DNA of 64,000 nt from the human T2T-CHM13v2.0 reference genome, Homo sapiens: the NCBI RefSeq assembly GCF_009914755.1, contig NC_060934.1; one strand, 5' to 3'. A program made the position numbers and the translations under genes. How positions within the stretch are numbered: the stretch's first letter is position 1; every line of letters begins with the position of its first letter. The notes under the pieces were generated by a model. It saw nothing but the letters and a program-made list of their open reading frames with translations. It was not told the origin of the DNA and ran no database searches. Positions 30,471 to 47,206 of this stretch are shown in pieces.

Positions 30471-31194
30471 ACACTCACTACAATTATTTAGATCGGAGGT
30501 CTACAGATGTGTTTTGTTGGGTTTGCACAGCATTTAAAAATATGAGTAGCCAATAGGTAAAAGTCAGGACATTTCACGTATTTCAGATGTTAACGTCTCT
30601 TTAAAAATCAAAATATTAGTCAGTACAAGGCTTAAATTATTATATGGCAACCAACAACTTTAAGTTGGTGTCATCTGCCCTTTGGGATGGGCAGGTGTTT
30701 TTCCACTTGCCATAGGCCACATCTGGGCCCCTTTGTTCCTTTATATTACTTTCCAGGTCTCTGAGGCGCCAACCCCTGGTTTAGAGCATCATCTTCTTGT
30801 TCCCCAATTGAAATGACCTTCAGCCCAGTTTCCAGAGGCTCCAGAACCAGGACCTGCCCAATAGGACCCCAGTGGTACTTTAGGGGAGCGCTTCAAGTGC
30901 TCATGGTTCAGCCTGATAGTATGGGACGTCTTCACAGAAAATTGTCCCTTCTCATCTCTTCCCCAGCCCTGCAGGAAGGGCGTGGTATACTCAAAGTACA
31001 TACAGTAGACATCCTCTTGAGGCTTTCTGAGATGTAGCATCCTGCCTAGATAGTCTTGGTGACTTAGCAGCTTTTAGCCCTGTGTCAAATCACTAGACTA
31101 GCTGATAATAATAGTAAACTTTAACATGAGTCCCACTCCCCGCCATACTGGTCACTTGGTGTAGAATCCTCCAAACAACTTGAAGTAGGTATCA

Positions 31195-31447
31195 CAGGTC
31201 CACAATCTGAAATTCCAAAGCTCTAAAAACCCAAATTCTTCTTGTAGCGAAATCTAACCTGAACCAACATGAAGCTATATATAGTCTTTATTTTTCCCGC
31301 CTAATATAAATACTCTGACATTTTGCTGCAGAAATGGTAATGTGTTTGATTACTGGGTACTGCCCTAAACCCTGCTAGAGGTATGGTATTCAGACTGTTC
31401 CTTCTAGAATTTGAAAACCTGGCTCCAAGTGTTTCAGATAAGGTATC
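31195..31447. mobile_element. Tigger-type MITE inserted into a MIR
   Basis: caggtccacaatc..gtttcagataagg termini; MIR halves on both sides. Confidence 0.45.
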
Positions 31448-32781
31448 GAGAATATATATTATTCCCATTTTATAGATGAGGAAACTGAATCCCTGAGAAA
31501 TTAAAACAAGAAAATCCACATTATCTCCTGACTGCTCATCAGCCAGTCCTTCCTGGATGGCCTTGGGCACCTTATATTGACTGTCTGGATTTCAGTTCCT
31601 CTTTCTATAAAATGACAGGTAGCACTATTAGCTGTCATACACTGAATGGATTTTAGGTCATTTCGTTCTCTCTAAACCTTCACCACAACGTGGGTGTTAT
31701 GGTTATTATCCTCATTTTGCTAATGGAGAAACTGAAACTCAAAGAACTGAAACAATTTGCCCAAGGTCACCCAGCCAGTCAATGAAGCACTGACATGTGA
31801 ACCAGTTCTGTCTGTATTTGGCATCAGACACCCTTTCGTGGGATTCAAGAGCTTCTTGCAGCTCTAGGAAGAGTACCTTTCTCTTATATCCCTATCAGAT
31901 TTCTTCAGTGAAAAAAATGCCTGGCCCATTTTATCTTTCATTCTTTATATTCCAGCAGCCACCAACCTTATAGAGAGGCCAGGAAAGCTTTGAAAATGAT
32001 GTTTACTGTCCCCTATCTCCTGCCTTCCAGGGAAGGGTTCAAACATGTCAACTTTCAGGCTATTGCAGGCATTTCTAGGACCCCGCCTCAGTGGTCTGTC
32101 TCTCTGGCTTCCTGCTGTAAAGATTTCTGCAAGTAGGTGCAACATTTCTCTAGGGGCTTTTGGCCCCAGTAGGTCTGAAGCCAACAGCTCCTGTTAATGA
32201 GGTCTGTTCCTCCTCCCACCATCTCTCCTGGATGATTCTCCTCCTCTCACATGGGGGACACGACACAAATCACAGGAGCTTCTGGCTGCCTGTGCCTGAG
32301 AACCCTGGCCTCACTGAAAGTGTTGACGGCCTGGCAGGAGGAGCTGTCATCTTCTAGACAGTTCAATTGACCAAGCAAGGAGTGGCTCATTCTTGTAATC
32401 TCATGTTTTCCAACACAGTTGTTGAGAAAAACTGCCTCTTGCTCAGAAATACTACAGCGGTTTGGGAAGTCAGCTGCCTGTAATCATGGGCACTAGTGGA
32501 TTCTAACTGCCCATCAAGAGAGGCTGCATGGAAGCAGAGGTGCAGGCACAGGGAGCTGGTATCTCCCTCCCCATCCTTTATCCCTCTGACTTTGAGCAAG
32601 ACACTTGACCCATTATAACTATTTCCTTGTCTGGAAAATGGGGATAAAAACCTCCAGTTCTGTCTATCTCATAGGACTGCAGGGAGAATTGCAGTAGTAA
32701 TAGATGTGACAACCTTTGCAAACATCACATACAACTATGTAAGCCTGAGGGCAAGGGATGAGTTATGGTTATGTGAATTAT

Positions 32782-33169
32782 GGTTACCTGTGGAGGGTGT
32801 CCAGGTTCTTGGTGTCTTGAACAAAGAATTGGACAAAACACACAAAGCAAGGAAAGAACAAAGCAACAAAAGCAGAGATTTATTGAAAATGAAAGTAAAC
32901 TCCACAGTATGGGAGTGGGCCTGAGCATAGGGGCTCAAGAGCCCTGTTACAGAATTTTCTGGGGATTAAATACCCTCTAGAGGTTTCCACTGGTTACTTG
33001 GTGTAAGCCCTATGTAAGTGAAGAGGATGAAATAAAGTTACAAAGTCATTTACTCAGTGTATGCCCTATGTAAATGGAGAGGATATATGTTTCTATTTGA
33101 TTTAGTTCTAGGAAGTCAGCATGAATCAGCCTTATGTTCCCTGCCTCCAGACCCTATTCTTCTGCCTCA
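32782..33169 (-). mobile_element. ERV1 solo LTR, MER51 family
   Basis: Minus strand begins TGAGGCAGAAGAATAGGGTCTGGAGGCAGGGAAC, carries AATAAA and ends ..ggtaac. Confidence 0.85.
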
Positions 33170-33399
33170 GTTAAGCATGAGGAGCAGAAGCCAGCTCTAC
33201 AAAGAGATGAGATCAAAAGTTTAGTAGATTGAACTCCAATAGGTCTTGACGATGATCCTTACATACGTATTTCCAAAACATATCTCTCTTTCTTGTTTCA
33301 AGATGACTGCAAACTACTGGGTCTTAGAAATGACTGGAGAATTTTGTTTCTGTGTGTCATTTGAAAGCATTTTTATGCCTTAAGATTGTGGCCAACACA

Positions 33400-33640
33400 A
33401 GGAATGTAACAGGAGTAAAAATCAAGAGAAACAACAGATAACAGAAACAAACCCACACCTACTTCTGGAAGTGGAATTATCAGGGACATATTGTAAATAA
33501 GCTTTTTATTATGTAAATTACAAACTTGAACATATTTGAAGGAAAAATAGGCTCTAAAAAATCTAGCAGATATGGAAAAGAACCAAATAGAACTTCCAGA
33601 AATAGAACACATAGGAACCGAAATTAAACACACTGGAGTT
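33400..33640 (+). mobile_element. Old L1M ORF1-region remnant
   Basis: aaaagaaccaaatagaacttccagaaatagaa..gaaattaaaca motif. Confidence 0.5.
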
Positions 33641-34174
33641 TCATAGAAAAGTTTAAGGGACTGCCCTAGTTGGGAGAAGATGAGAGGCAAGGCCTTCAAT
33701 GGAAAGGAACATTAGGCTTCGTATAATTGGAATTGTGGGTGATGAGTGGGAGGAAAAGAAATAAAAAAAGCTGTAGAAATTGGACCTCTAAGAGCTTTAG
33801 GAATCTCAAAGATGTCAACTATTTTGATAACCATAGTAGCCTTAGCATCAGCACTAGGGCCATTTCCTCTTGCACCAGACACCAGAACTTTTTGGAGAAA
33901 AGTGATGGAAGAGGGAGGCACCACCAGCTCTTACTGTCATTTAGAAGTAGCACCCTGTCTATAAATTCCAACTGCAACCCGGAACAAGAAAGAATAATTG
34001 GCAAACTCAGGAATTATTCTTGAAAATCAGCTCTAATTAAATGAAGACTACTTGTATTTTCTAATTTCATAGTTTGAAAATTGAAGCCCGGAATTCAGGT
34101 TTATGAAATTTTTTTCAGGAAGTGAGGCTTCTTATCAAAGTGAAAGTTTACAGGAATGAATAGAAGTAGACATC

Positions 34175-34597
34175 TGTGAACCTCAAATATCTGAGACAGG
34201 TCTCAGTCAATTTAAAAGTTTATTTTGGCAAGGTTAAGGACACGCCCATGACACAGCCTCAACGTGTAAAATGTACACTAGTTCTGTCCTCCAGTAAGGT
34301 GGGACAACTTGAAGTGGGGGCTTCAAGGTTAGAAGTAGATTAGAGACAAAAGGTTACATTCTTTTACGTCTTTGATCAGCCTTCCACTGAATATACAATT
34401 GAGTCTGCCTCAGTGAATCTGCATTTTTACATAAGCAATAGGGGAGAGGAAGCAATTATATATGCATTATCTCAGGTGAGCCTCCCAGGGATGACTTTGA
34501 ATAGAATGGGAGGCAAGTTTGCCTTAACCAGTTCCCAGCTTGACTTTCCCCTTTTGCTTAGTGATTTGGGGGTCCCAAGATTTATTTTCCTTTCACA
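34175..34597 (-). mobile_element. ERV1 solo LTR, MER4A family
   Basis: Minus strand TGTGAAAGGAAAATAAATCTTGGGACCCC..ttcaCA; 4-bp TSD catc on both sides. Confidence 0.88.
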
Positions 34598-35059
34598 CAT
34601 CAAAGTCCCAGAATCATAAAACTTGGCACTTGGGAAAAAAAAAAAAAACACAGAGTGACTGTAGTGCAATCCCTTCACTTACAGAAGAGGGAACTAAGAC
34701 CTAGAGAAAATGTGGCAGCCCCAGATCACAGGGAACCTCCTAACTTCTAATTTGATACTAAAGCAATACAACCAACCAAAGCAGTCTCCCTTGGGTCAGT
34801 TTTATAAAAACAAACAAATAAATAAATAAAGTAAATGTTGTGGATGAGACTGTGAACAGCAGATCATCTGGTGAATGGTTGAGACAATCAAAATGTAAAG
34901 AGATGAGGGCTGGTTTCAGTAGAGGGAGGTGAGCCTGCCAGGAAAGGCTTGGAGATGAGCTTTGAAGCACTCCCTAAACACAGTGTCCACAGACACAATG
35001 TGACGATGAAAAAAGGCGCTGTGAGGTGGGAGCGTATGCAGACCAGCTTGTGGCTTGGT

Positions 35060-35170
35060 GGATACATTTATTCGACAAGCATTTACTGAAGGCTGTTAAG
35101 GGGTTGGCACAGCACAGGCACACTGGATACGGCCCCTGATCTCATGGAGCTTACAGTCCAGTGGGCTGGG
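35060..35170 (-). mobile_element. L2 3' end
   Basis: catttattcgacaagcatttactga..ccctgatctcatggagcttacagtccagtggg. Confidence 0.65.
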
Positions 35171-35462
35171 GAGGTGAAGGAGGGAGATGGGACAGTCAAT
35201 AGGACTTCAAATATCAAGCTGTTGAAGAATTTTTGAAATGTTCTGGGGAGGAGCAGAACATCAGCAAAAGGGTTGGGAGAATAGTCAGGGCAGTGACCTG
35301 TCTTGCAAGCAGGGTCCTCAGGAAGTGGGAACCATCAGTGCTGTAGTGTCAGGGATGGATGAATCCCAGAGGCTCTGCACCTGCCTCCCAGTCCATGCTT
35401 CATTGCAAGGTTGCAGTTAAGACTGAAGGTCATGGATGCACCAGCACCAAGCTCCAGATTAG

Positions 35463-35988
<526 letters not shown>

Positions 35989-36188
35989 AAAACAGCTTTT
36001 TATAAGGTATCTACTTAAACTACTGATATTAACCATGGGTATCAAATGTACTGATATAAAAAGATATCCACAATATATATTACTGAGTGGGGGAAAAGAG
36101 CAAAGGAGCTATGGGGCAAAGCATGTACTGCAGTTGCATTATTGTAAACAACCCTATGTGTGTGTATTTGTATATATAAAAAGTTCTG

Positions 36189-36516
<328 letters not shown>

Positions 36517-37551
36517 CTAAACTCTGGGGGCAGGGTGGAGTTTTACTTTTCATACTCTTCCATAATGTTTGAACATTTGCAACAAACGTGTTGCTCTTGC
36601 AATTTTTCAGCCAAAAATACAGATATTAGGTATCACTTACGGATTTATTGTGTGCTGGGTACTTACTAAGCACATTCCTTCCCATTCCTAGTGGCTTCTA
36701 CTCTTTTCCTGTTCTGGGGCCACAGGGAACAAGACTCGTCTACTAGGTGGACCCTCTCTCAGGACCCCTGGATCTTCCTTTCAGGGTCTGCACCTCCTCC
36801 AGGAGGGATCAGGATTTGAAGCAAGAGATGCCAGGAGGTTATTTTTCTGTCTCCTCTGTGTCCCTGTCCAGCTTTCTTGCCGGGAGACATGTTTGAGATG
36901 GAGATAGTGACAGGGAAGGGAGCTTCAGGGGCCATGGCACGTCCTGTCCAGAGCGAGTAGGGAACTGGAATGGGAGAGGATTAGGGAGGCGCCCTCCCTT
37001 CCACCCGGGGCACTCACCTCTGGCCAGCAGTCCCACCAGGCTTGCTTCCTCTCACCCTGCCCAGCCCAGGAAGGAGGAGGTGGAAATAATTAACACCTAC
37101 ATGGAAACTCTTTCACACAGGTTGTGAACTCCTCCAGAAATTTGCATTTTAAACCCTTGGTGGCTAATTGGGAATGCAAGGCTTTGTCTGGCCTGAAAAG
37201 AAGGGCAGGCAATGGAAATCAGGTGGAGAGAGGAGGGGGTCTTCTTTGTGCTGGTGTGTGTGTGTGTGTTGGGGGTGCAGACATTCTACTTCCAAGCCTG
37301 GTGCAGATAAAAAAGCTGAGTTGAGGGGATGGGGGTGGCACCAAGAACATATGACTTCCTCCCCACTCTCCACAAGGTTTCTGGACATGAACTCCATTTC
37401 CAAGTCACCAGCCTGCCTGTAACCTGGGGCTGGCGCCCCGGCCCAGATAGCTGGCCTATGTGTGCAGAAACAGGTCTGAGCCTGCTTTGAGGGGCAGGGG
37501 ACTCCAGAGAGGAGTGACCCAGCTTGAGCTGGAGAACTCTTCAATTATTAA

Positions 37552-37851
<300 letters not shown>

Positions 37852-37923
37852 TAATTTTTAAATAAGTAAAATGTGCATGAAAAATTCCAAAGGTTCAGAA
37901 GTGAAAACCAAGTTTCCCTTTGA

Positions 37924-38403
<480 letters not shown>

Positions 38404-38516
38404 TGATTAATTTCCCTGTGTTCAATCTTCTCATCTGTAAAATGGGAGATAATACAAATATTTCCCTCATAGGGCTGCTGTGAGAATTAAATGAGTTAAC
38501 TCATGTAAAATCATTA

Positions 38517-39140
38517 TGTCAGAGGCCAGAGTGACTCCATCTTGAATAGGGGCTAGGTAAGATAAGATGAGACCTGCTGGGCTCCATTCCCAGGAGGTCA
38601 GTCATTCTTAGTCACAGGATGAGACAGGAGGTCAGCAAGACTGGTATCACAAGTTATGGGTCGTAAAGACCCTGCTGATAAGATAGGATGCAGTAAAGAA
38701 ACTGGCCAAACACACCAAAACCGAGATGGTGACCTCTGGTCGTCCTCACTGCTCATTACACGTGAATTATAACACATTAGCATGCTAAAAGATACTCCCA
38801 CCAGTGCCATGACAGTTTACAAATGCATGGCAATTTGTAGTGAAAGTCACCCAATATGGTCTAAACGGGGAGAAACTCTCAGTTCCTGGGGAAATCCCTG
38901 CCCTTTTCTCATAAAACTCATGGATAATCCACCCCTTGTTTAGCATATAATCAAGAAATACACATAGAAATAGCTGGCAGCCCTCAGTGGTACTCGTTTA
39001 TGATATAGTCATTCTGTTGTTTCTTTACTTTCTGAATAAACTTGCTTTTACTTTACTCTATGGACTTGCCCCGAATTCTTCCCTGGGCAAGATTTGAGAA
39101 CGCTCCCTTGGGTCTGGATCGAGACTCCTTTCTGGTAACA
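38517..39140 (+). mobile_element. ERV1 solo LTR, MER41 family (B/C-like)
   Basis: TGTCAGAGGC..GACTCCATCTTGAATAGGGGCT..ggtaaCA; TSD atta; splits a MIR. Confidence 0.88.
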
Positions 39141-39269
39141 ATTAGACCAGTGCCTGGCGTGCAGAGAGCTCTAGAAAAGTGTTAGCTATTGTTATTATTG
39201 TGGGAATTGAAAAAGTAATAAAGAATTAATCCCAAGATCCTGAATTTTTGTGTTTTAAGATGTATAAGG

Positions 39270-39317
39270 GGTGTGTGTGTGTGTGTGTGTGTACGTGTGT
39301 ATATGTGAGAGAGAGAG
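39270..39317. repeat. (GT)n-(GA)n microsatellite
   Basis: Direct reading. Confidence 0.9.
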
Positions 39318-39845
39318 CTTTAATGTTATAAGAAAAAATGGTGATTGATTCTGAGATTCTAATCTGGAAATTGGGATATTAACATGATGGAAATACAACA
39401 ATAACCACCACCACAACAACAAAGTTCTATTTATTGCCTGCCTGCTATGTGCCAGGTGCTGTTTGGGCCTCTGACATGCCTCGGTTAACGCCTGCAACGA
39501 AATATTACTAGTGAGTATTTTTATTCCCAGTGTGTAAATGAAGAAACGGAAAGTCTGGTAAATTTGCAACAGGAAAACAGTAAAAGAATAGAGACTTAGT
39601 CCTTTATGTTTCCTGTTGATGCCAATCACATAGGGCAACAGCAATCATGAGTTTATGTGCGGATCAGTGCTGTGTATTGTATCAGAGTCCACACTGTTCT
39701 CGTTCCTGTGGCATGGTCTGTGCTTAAAGAGAATGAAAATAAGTAGGGGAATGACTGACCTCAAACTTCATCAATACCTCATTTATTGATATTCCACAGT
39801 AGGTGATTTTAAGGTAGTCATTGAAGCTGATTCTTTCTAGGGTGA

Positions 39846-40190
<345 letters not shown>

Positions 40191-40194
40191 CCAT

Positions 40195-40520
40195 TTTCTT
40201 TTTCTTTTTCTTTTCTTTTCTTTTTTTCTTTTTTTTTGAGACAGAGTCTCGCTCTGTTGCCCATGCTGGAGGGCAGTGGCTTAATCTCGGCTCACTGCAC
40301 CCTCCGCCTCCCAGGTTCAAGCAATCCTCCTGCCTCAGCTCCCGCTAGTAGCTGGGATTACAGGTACGTGCCACCATGCCTGGCTAATTTTTGTATTTTT
40401 AGTAGAGCTGGGGTTTTGCCATGTTGGCCAGGCTGGTCTCAAACTCCTGACCTCAGGTGATCCACCTGCCTTGGCCTCCCGAAGTACTGGGATTACAGGT
40501 GTGAGCCACCGCATCTGGCC
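40195..40520 (-). mobile_element. Alu (AluSx-like)
   Basis: Dimer in tandem with the previous Alu. Confidence 0.94.
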
Positions 40521-40879
40521 CATTTTATTTTTCAAATGGGTGACATGCTGCCTTTTCTTAAACACAGCAGAACTATGCATGGCCCTTCTTTCAGTCTGTC
40601 CCTGAGGCATCACCTCAGTACTGCACTTCGCTCAGTGGGCCTTGGATCAGCCTTTCTGGTATGGGTCTGTTAGCATGGCAGACCCCTGTCTGCAGTCTTC
40701 ATATGCTGCACTCTGAGAAATTCGCAGAGCATGTCTCAATGGAAATGTACATAAACCCAGAACTGAAGAGCATTCAAGGAGAGTCAGTCTTATGGGGTAA
40801 AGAGTGACATCTGTTTAAGAGGCTTTTTTTTTTTTTTTGCCTGCACTCTGGGTTCTCTGCATTATAGGTAGTTGGAGGA

Positions 40880-41171
40880 GGCTGGGCACGGTGGCTCACA
40901 CCTGTAATCAAGCACTCTGGGGGGCCAAGGTGGGCAGATGGCTTGAGTCCAGGAGTTCGAGACCAGCCTGGGCAACATAGTGGGGCCCCATCTCTACAAA
41001 AAATACAAAAATTAGCCAGGCACGGTGGTGGGCATCTGTGATCCCAGCTACTCTGGAGGCTGAGGTGGGAGGATCGCTTGAGCCCAGAAGGTCGAGGCTG
41101 TAGTTAGCCGAGGTTGTACCACTGTACTCCAGCTTGAGCAACAGTTGAGCAACAGAGAAAGACCCTACTTC

Positions 41172-41185
<14 letters not shown>
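40880..41185 (+). mobile_element. AluJ
   Basis: ggaggatcgcttgagcccagaaggtcgaggctg; tail followed by (TA)n. Confidence 0.92.
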
Positions 41186-41208
<23 letters not shown>

Positions 41209-41304
41209 CATGTGTAGTTGGATTTGCAGGAAGCCCAACTCCATGGTGAGTGAGCATTAACAGTGGGTTCCATGTTTATGGAAGCCAAGAGGGTTAAGGT
41301 ATTA

Positions 41305-41318
41305 CCAGGAGGTGGCAC
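41305..41318 (+). promoter_or_regulatory. Candidate CTCF motif
   Basis: CCAGGAGGTGGCAC fits the core CCASNAGRKGGCRS; motif match only. Confidence 0.35.
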
Positions 41319-41919
41319 GAATGAGTGTTTGGTGACATTAAGATGGCGTGGGTTTGGTTCCCTTTCTCAAATGCTGGAGGGCAGCCCCATACCTGCCCAA
41401 TGGCTTTCTCCTTCTCCACCCCAGCATGGAATTTAAAAGGCTTGGTGACCTGCACATCTGGAGACACCAAGGAGGGCTGGCAGTGAATTACTTGGCTGGC
41501 AAGCAGTGTGAAGTGGCCCTTGCGTTTTCCTGGCTTTGCTAGCTATGCCTGGGACTCTGCCCATTGAAGAGCTGGCTCAGGGAGAACAAAAATAACAATG
41601 ACGATTCTAAGCAAATGTACAACTAAAAATTCCACTGATGGATTTTCTGATGAAAATAAGTCATAGGAAAGATTGCTTAATGAGCTGAAGCAGGACCATT
41701 GTAAGTTCTGCCTGGTTACCCTGGTTCTTTTGTTCTGTGAACTGCCTGTTCATACCCTTTGCTTATTCTTCTATTGAGCTGTACATATAGATCTTGCTGA
41801 TTGGTGTGAGCTCTTTGTGAAACAGGAAATGAAACTTTTATCAGTCAAAGATCACAAACAATTATCTCCAATGTTATCTTATTTTGTTCATAGAATTTCT
41901 TTTGGCTGTGTATTATCTA

Positions 41920-42298
<379 letters not shown>

Positions 42299-42633
42299 GA
42301 AAGTTCTTTTCCACTCTTATGTGATACATTTTACATGTTTGCTTCAAGACGTTTTGTGGTTTGATTTTTTTAAAGTTTAAATCTTTTATCTAACCAAAAT
42401 TAATTTTGGTGTTAAGGGTTGAAATGGGGGTCTAACTAACTTCATTATTTTTTCTAACTGATTTTCAGTGGTCCCCAAATGATTTATTGAGTGATCTCTC
42501 TTTTCCTCACTAAATGCCACTTTCCCCATAAACTAAATTTCTGCATGTATTTCACCCTATTTCTGGTCCCCTCCAATTTTGTTATACTATTTTTTCTCCA
42601 TCATAAACCTTTAAAATTATTGTTGTTTCTTAA

Positions 42634-42781
42634 TTTTTTTTTTTTGGAAACAGAGTCTTGCTATGTTGCCCAGGCTGGACTCAAATTCCTGGGCTCAAGC
42701 AATCCTCCTGCCTCAGCCTCCTGAGGCCTTGAAAGGATTGCAAAGTGCTGGGACTATAGGCATGAGCCACTACATCTGGCT
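42634..42781 (-). mobile_element. FLAM/AluJ left monomer
   Basis: gtcttgctatgttgcccaggctggactcaaattcctgggctcaagcaatcc. Confidence 0.85.
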
Positions 42782-42824
42782 CTCATAATGTATTTTAATA
42801 TCTAGTTGGAGTAGTCCTCCCTGA

Positions 42825-43128
<304 letters not shown>

Positions 43129-43191
43129 GATTATCCTTCTTTGGACCTTTTCTAGTCATTTTCACGTTTATTTTTTCCGATAAATTTAAAT

Positions 43192-43500
43192 AGCCGGGCA
43201 CAGTGGCTCATGCCTGTAATCCCAGGACTTTGGGAGGCTGAGGCAGGTGGATCACCTGAGGTCAGGAGTTCAGGACCAGCCTGGCCAACATGGCAAAACC
43301 CCATCTCTACAAAAATACAAAAATTAGCCGGGCATGATTGCGGGTGCCTGTAATCCCAGCTACTCGGGAGGCTGGGGCAGAAGAATCACTGGAACCCGGG
43401 AGGCGGAGGTCTCAGCCGAGATGGTGCCAGTACACTCCAGCCTGGGCAACAGAGTGAGACTCTATCTCAAAAAAATTTAAAAATAAAATAAATAAATAAA
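43192..43500 (+). mobile_element. Alu (AluSx-like)
   Basis: Dimer with (TAAA)n tail. Confidence 0.94.
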
Positions 43501-43660
43501 TATCATTTTATCAAGCCCCTTTACCCCATTTTCTTGACATTTTAATTGGAAATGCATTGAGCTATAGATTAAATTAGGGAGAATTAATACAAAAGAAGGG
43601 CATGTTTTCACATTTACTCCTGTTTTCTTTTATGAACCCCATTCGAACCTGAGAGTTTTC

Positions 43661-43953
43661 CGTCGGGCACAGTGGCTTATGTCTGGAATTCCAGCACTTT
43701 GCAATCCTTTTGAGGCCAAGGTGGGAGGATCGCCTAGGAGTTCTAGACCAGCTTTGGCAGCATGGTGAACACTGTCTCTACAAAAAAATACAAAAGTAGC
43801 TGAGTGTGGTGGCTTGTGCTTGTAGTTCCAGCTACTCTGGAAACTGAGGTGGGAGGATCACCCGAGCCCAGGGAGGTGGAGGCTGCAGTGAGCTGTGATC
43901 ATGCCACTGCACTCCAGCTTGGGCAACAGAGTAAGATCTTGTCTCCAAAAAAA
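43661..43953 (+). mobile_element. AluJ
   Basis: ggtgggaggatcacccgagcccaggg; TSD gagttttc. Confidence 0.9.
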
Positions 43954-45723
43954 TAGAGTTTTCTTCTTGTTAAATTTTTCCCTAGGAATTTTACCTTTTC
44001 AGCCTCTACAGCAAATAGGCACTTCTCATGTTTTCCAACTGGCTGTGTGACTTTAGACAAATCACTCATCTTCTCCACACCTCAATTTTCTTGTGGGTAA
44101 AGAAAGGCATGTATCTCTAAGATCGCTTCATCTAAAGCTAGTTGAAGCGTTTATGACTTGATTCTTAACAATGCAAAATGTTGGTATTTTCAGGGGCAGC
44201 TTTGCCCTCATTGAATTTTCATGAGAAAGACCTGGGTCAGCTCAGTTTCTCTGGTCCCAGCTGTGCAAACAAATACCTGGGTCAACCCTAATTGGAGCCC
44301 TCTGTGAGCCCCCAGCCCCCTCCACTGATTCACCAAGACTCCACTGTGCCCTGAGATTCCTCCTGCAGGCTGGATACCCCAGCAGGATAGGCATACCCCA
44401 GCTTTATTCCATACCCAGTTATGGGGCATCTATCTACCATGTGCCAGGCACCAGGCCAGCCTCTGGCTGTGGCCATTGGCTGTGTATCTGATCAGGGTGG
44501 ACAACCACTTTGGATGATTCAGGCCTCCAAGTGCAATGCATTTTGGGGCTGACTCTGAGATTGTTGTGGCCTCCGTGTATTCTGAGCCAATGAACTAGTC
44601 AACAGCCTTTTCTCCAGTGCTCAACGAAGACACAATCCGGCCCACGACCAGGTGCTAAGTGCTGGTTGGTAGCACTTGAGGGAGAGGATGCGCAGAGAGA
44701 GTATTAGCAAGACTAAGATTGTCAGGGCAGGCCGGGCCCAGCAGGGCCAGTTCAACCCCCTTCCAGGGCAGAATCTGCAGGGCTTTCCGGCTGCCCGAGC
44801 ACCCCACTGTGTTGATGACTGGGTGGCAGACTCACACTCCTGGCTAATTCCAGGAGAGACTCATTTAAGCATTTACCATTTAGCCTAATTGTTTCTTTAA
44901 TTGAAAGTCTGCAGATAAGCACAGGTTTCTTTCCTATGCAAAAGAGGCTTGAGCTAGAAGAAACAAGCCGGTGGTGTAAGAAAACAAGTGCTAGTTTTAG
45001 CCTGGCTTTGGGGAAGGGGGGCTTTGTGCCTCTGGGTTCTTGCATCATAATGTATTTGAGTTAATTTGACGGGTGGGGGTTCTTAGTTACCCAAACACTT
45101 TAATAGGATTGAAATGGGCTACTTTCAGGCCTTGCATGGATAAGAATGGACTGGCTAAGCCCTCTTTTCTTTAAGAAAACAGCTCCCACACTTGTGCAGG
45201 CCAAAATAATTAAGTAATTAGCAAAGGCATTTGTCAAAATGCCCAGTGGGGCTGACGAAAATGACAGCTTTGAGAAGGATGAAGAGTTTGCAAATAGCAT
45301 TTTCTCCCAGCTCCAGGTTGGGGTCAGGCCTGGGGCCTGTGAGGAACACGCCTGCCTGGGACTCCGGGGTCCCAGCTCAACCTTTGGGGTTCAAGTTCAC
45401 TTCCCTGTGGCAAAAGCCAAGCTCCTATTTCTAAGGAGGCAGTCTTGAAAGGCCTTTGGAACATCAAAGGACTCCCCAAACACAGTAAGTAAAAAATAAA
45501 GGCGTCATTTTCCTTTTCAAAGGATTGAAACCGTTAAGCAGCCAAGTCCATGGCAGAAAAAGCATTTGTGGTTTGTGGAAATTAAAAAGACTGAGGAAAC
45601 AGCTAGAGGTTACAAGGCAATCATTACCCTCAACAGTGAGCTTATTCTGTACCTACTGTGTGCAAGGCAAATACCTGGATTTTCTTAGAGCCATAAGAGT
45701 CTGCCCTTACGAGGCCACAGTGA

Positions 45724-46058
<335 letters not shown>

Positions 46059-46490
46059 CAACAACCGAGATATTCTCTCAGCACAAGAGAGAAGGCAACA
46101 CTAATAATAACCACTTAGGGGCCCCTTCAATATGCCAGGCATGTGGGATCTCATTCAGTGCCCACAACAACGGTATGATGTTGGCATTTGTTTTCCTCCT
46201 TTAATGGATAGGGAAACTGAGGCCCAACAAAGTCAGGAAATTTAGAGCTGAGAGTCAATGTCAAGGAGACGTTAAGACGTCTGGAGTACAAAGGACCTGG
46301 GTTTGACAGCAGATTCTACTTGTGTTGGTCACAAGGAATAAGAAGTAGGGAAAGATCATTAGATTTAGAAAGTAGGAGTTGTTGGTGACTGGAGAGTGGT
46401 GTTTCAGAGGAATGACATTGTTACAGGAAAGGGGTCCCGATCCAGACCCCAAGAGAGGGTTCTTTGATCTCGTGCAAGAAACAATTCAAG

Positions 46491-46800
46491 GGCTGGGCGT
46501 GGTGGCTCACGCCTGTAGTCCCAGCACTTTGGGAGGCCGAGGCAGATGCATCACTTGAGGTCAGGAGTTTGAGAACAGTCTGGACAACATGGTGAAACCT
46601 TGGATCTACTAAAATTACAAAAATTAGCCGGGCCTGGTGGTGGGCGCCTGTAATCCCAGCTACTCAGGAGGCTGAGGCACAAGAATCACCTGAACCTGGG
46701 AGTGGGCAGTTGCGGTGAGCTGAGATTGTGCTGCTGCACTCCGGCTTGGGTGATAGAGTGAGGCTCTATCTCCAAAAAAAAAAAAAAAAAAAAAAAAAAA
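46491..46800 (+). mobile_element. Alu (AluS) inside MER41A
   Basis: Dimer, TSD aattcaagg. Confidence 0.95.
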
Positions 46801-46907
46801 AGAATTCAAGGCGAGTCCATAGAGTAAGTGAAAGCAACTTTATCAAGAAAGCAAAGGAATAAAAGAAGGGCTACTTCACTGAGGGCTGCTAGTTGCCTAT
46901 TTATTTA

Positions 46908-47206
<299 letters not shown>

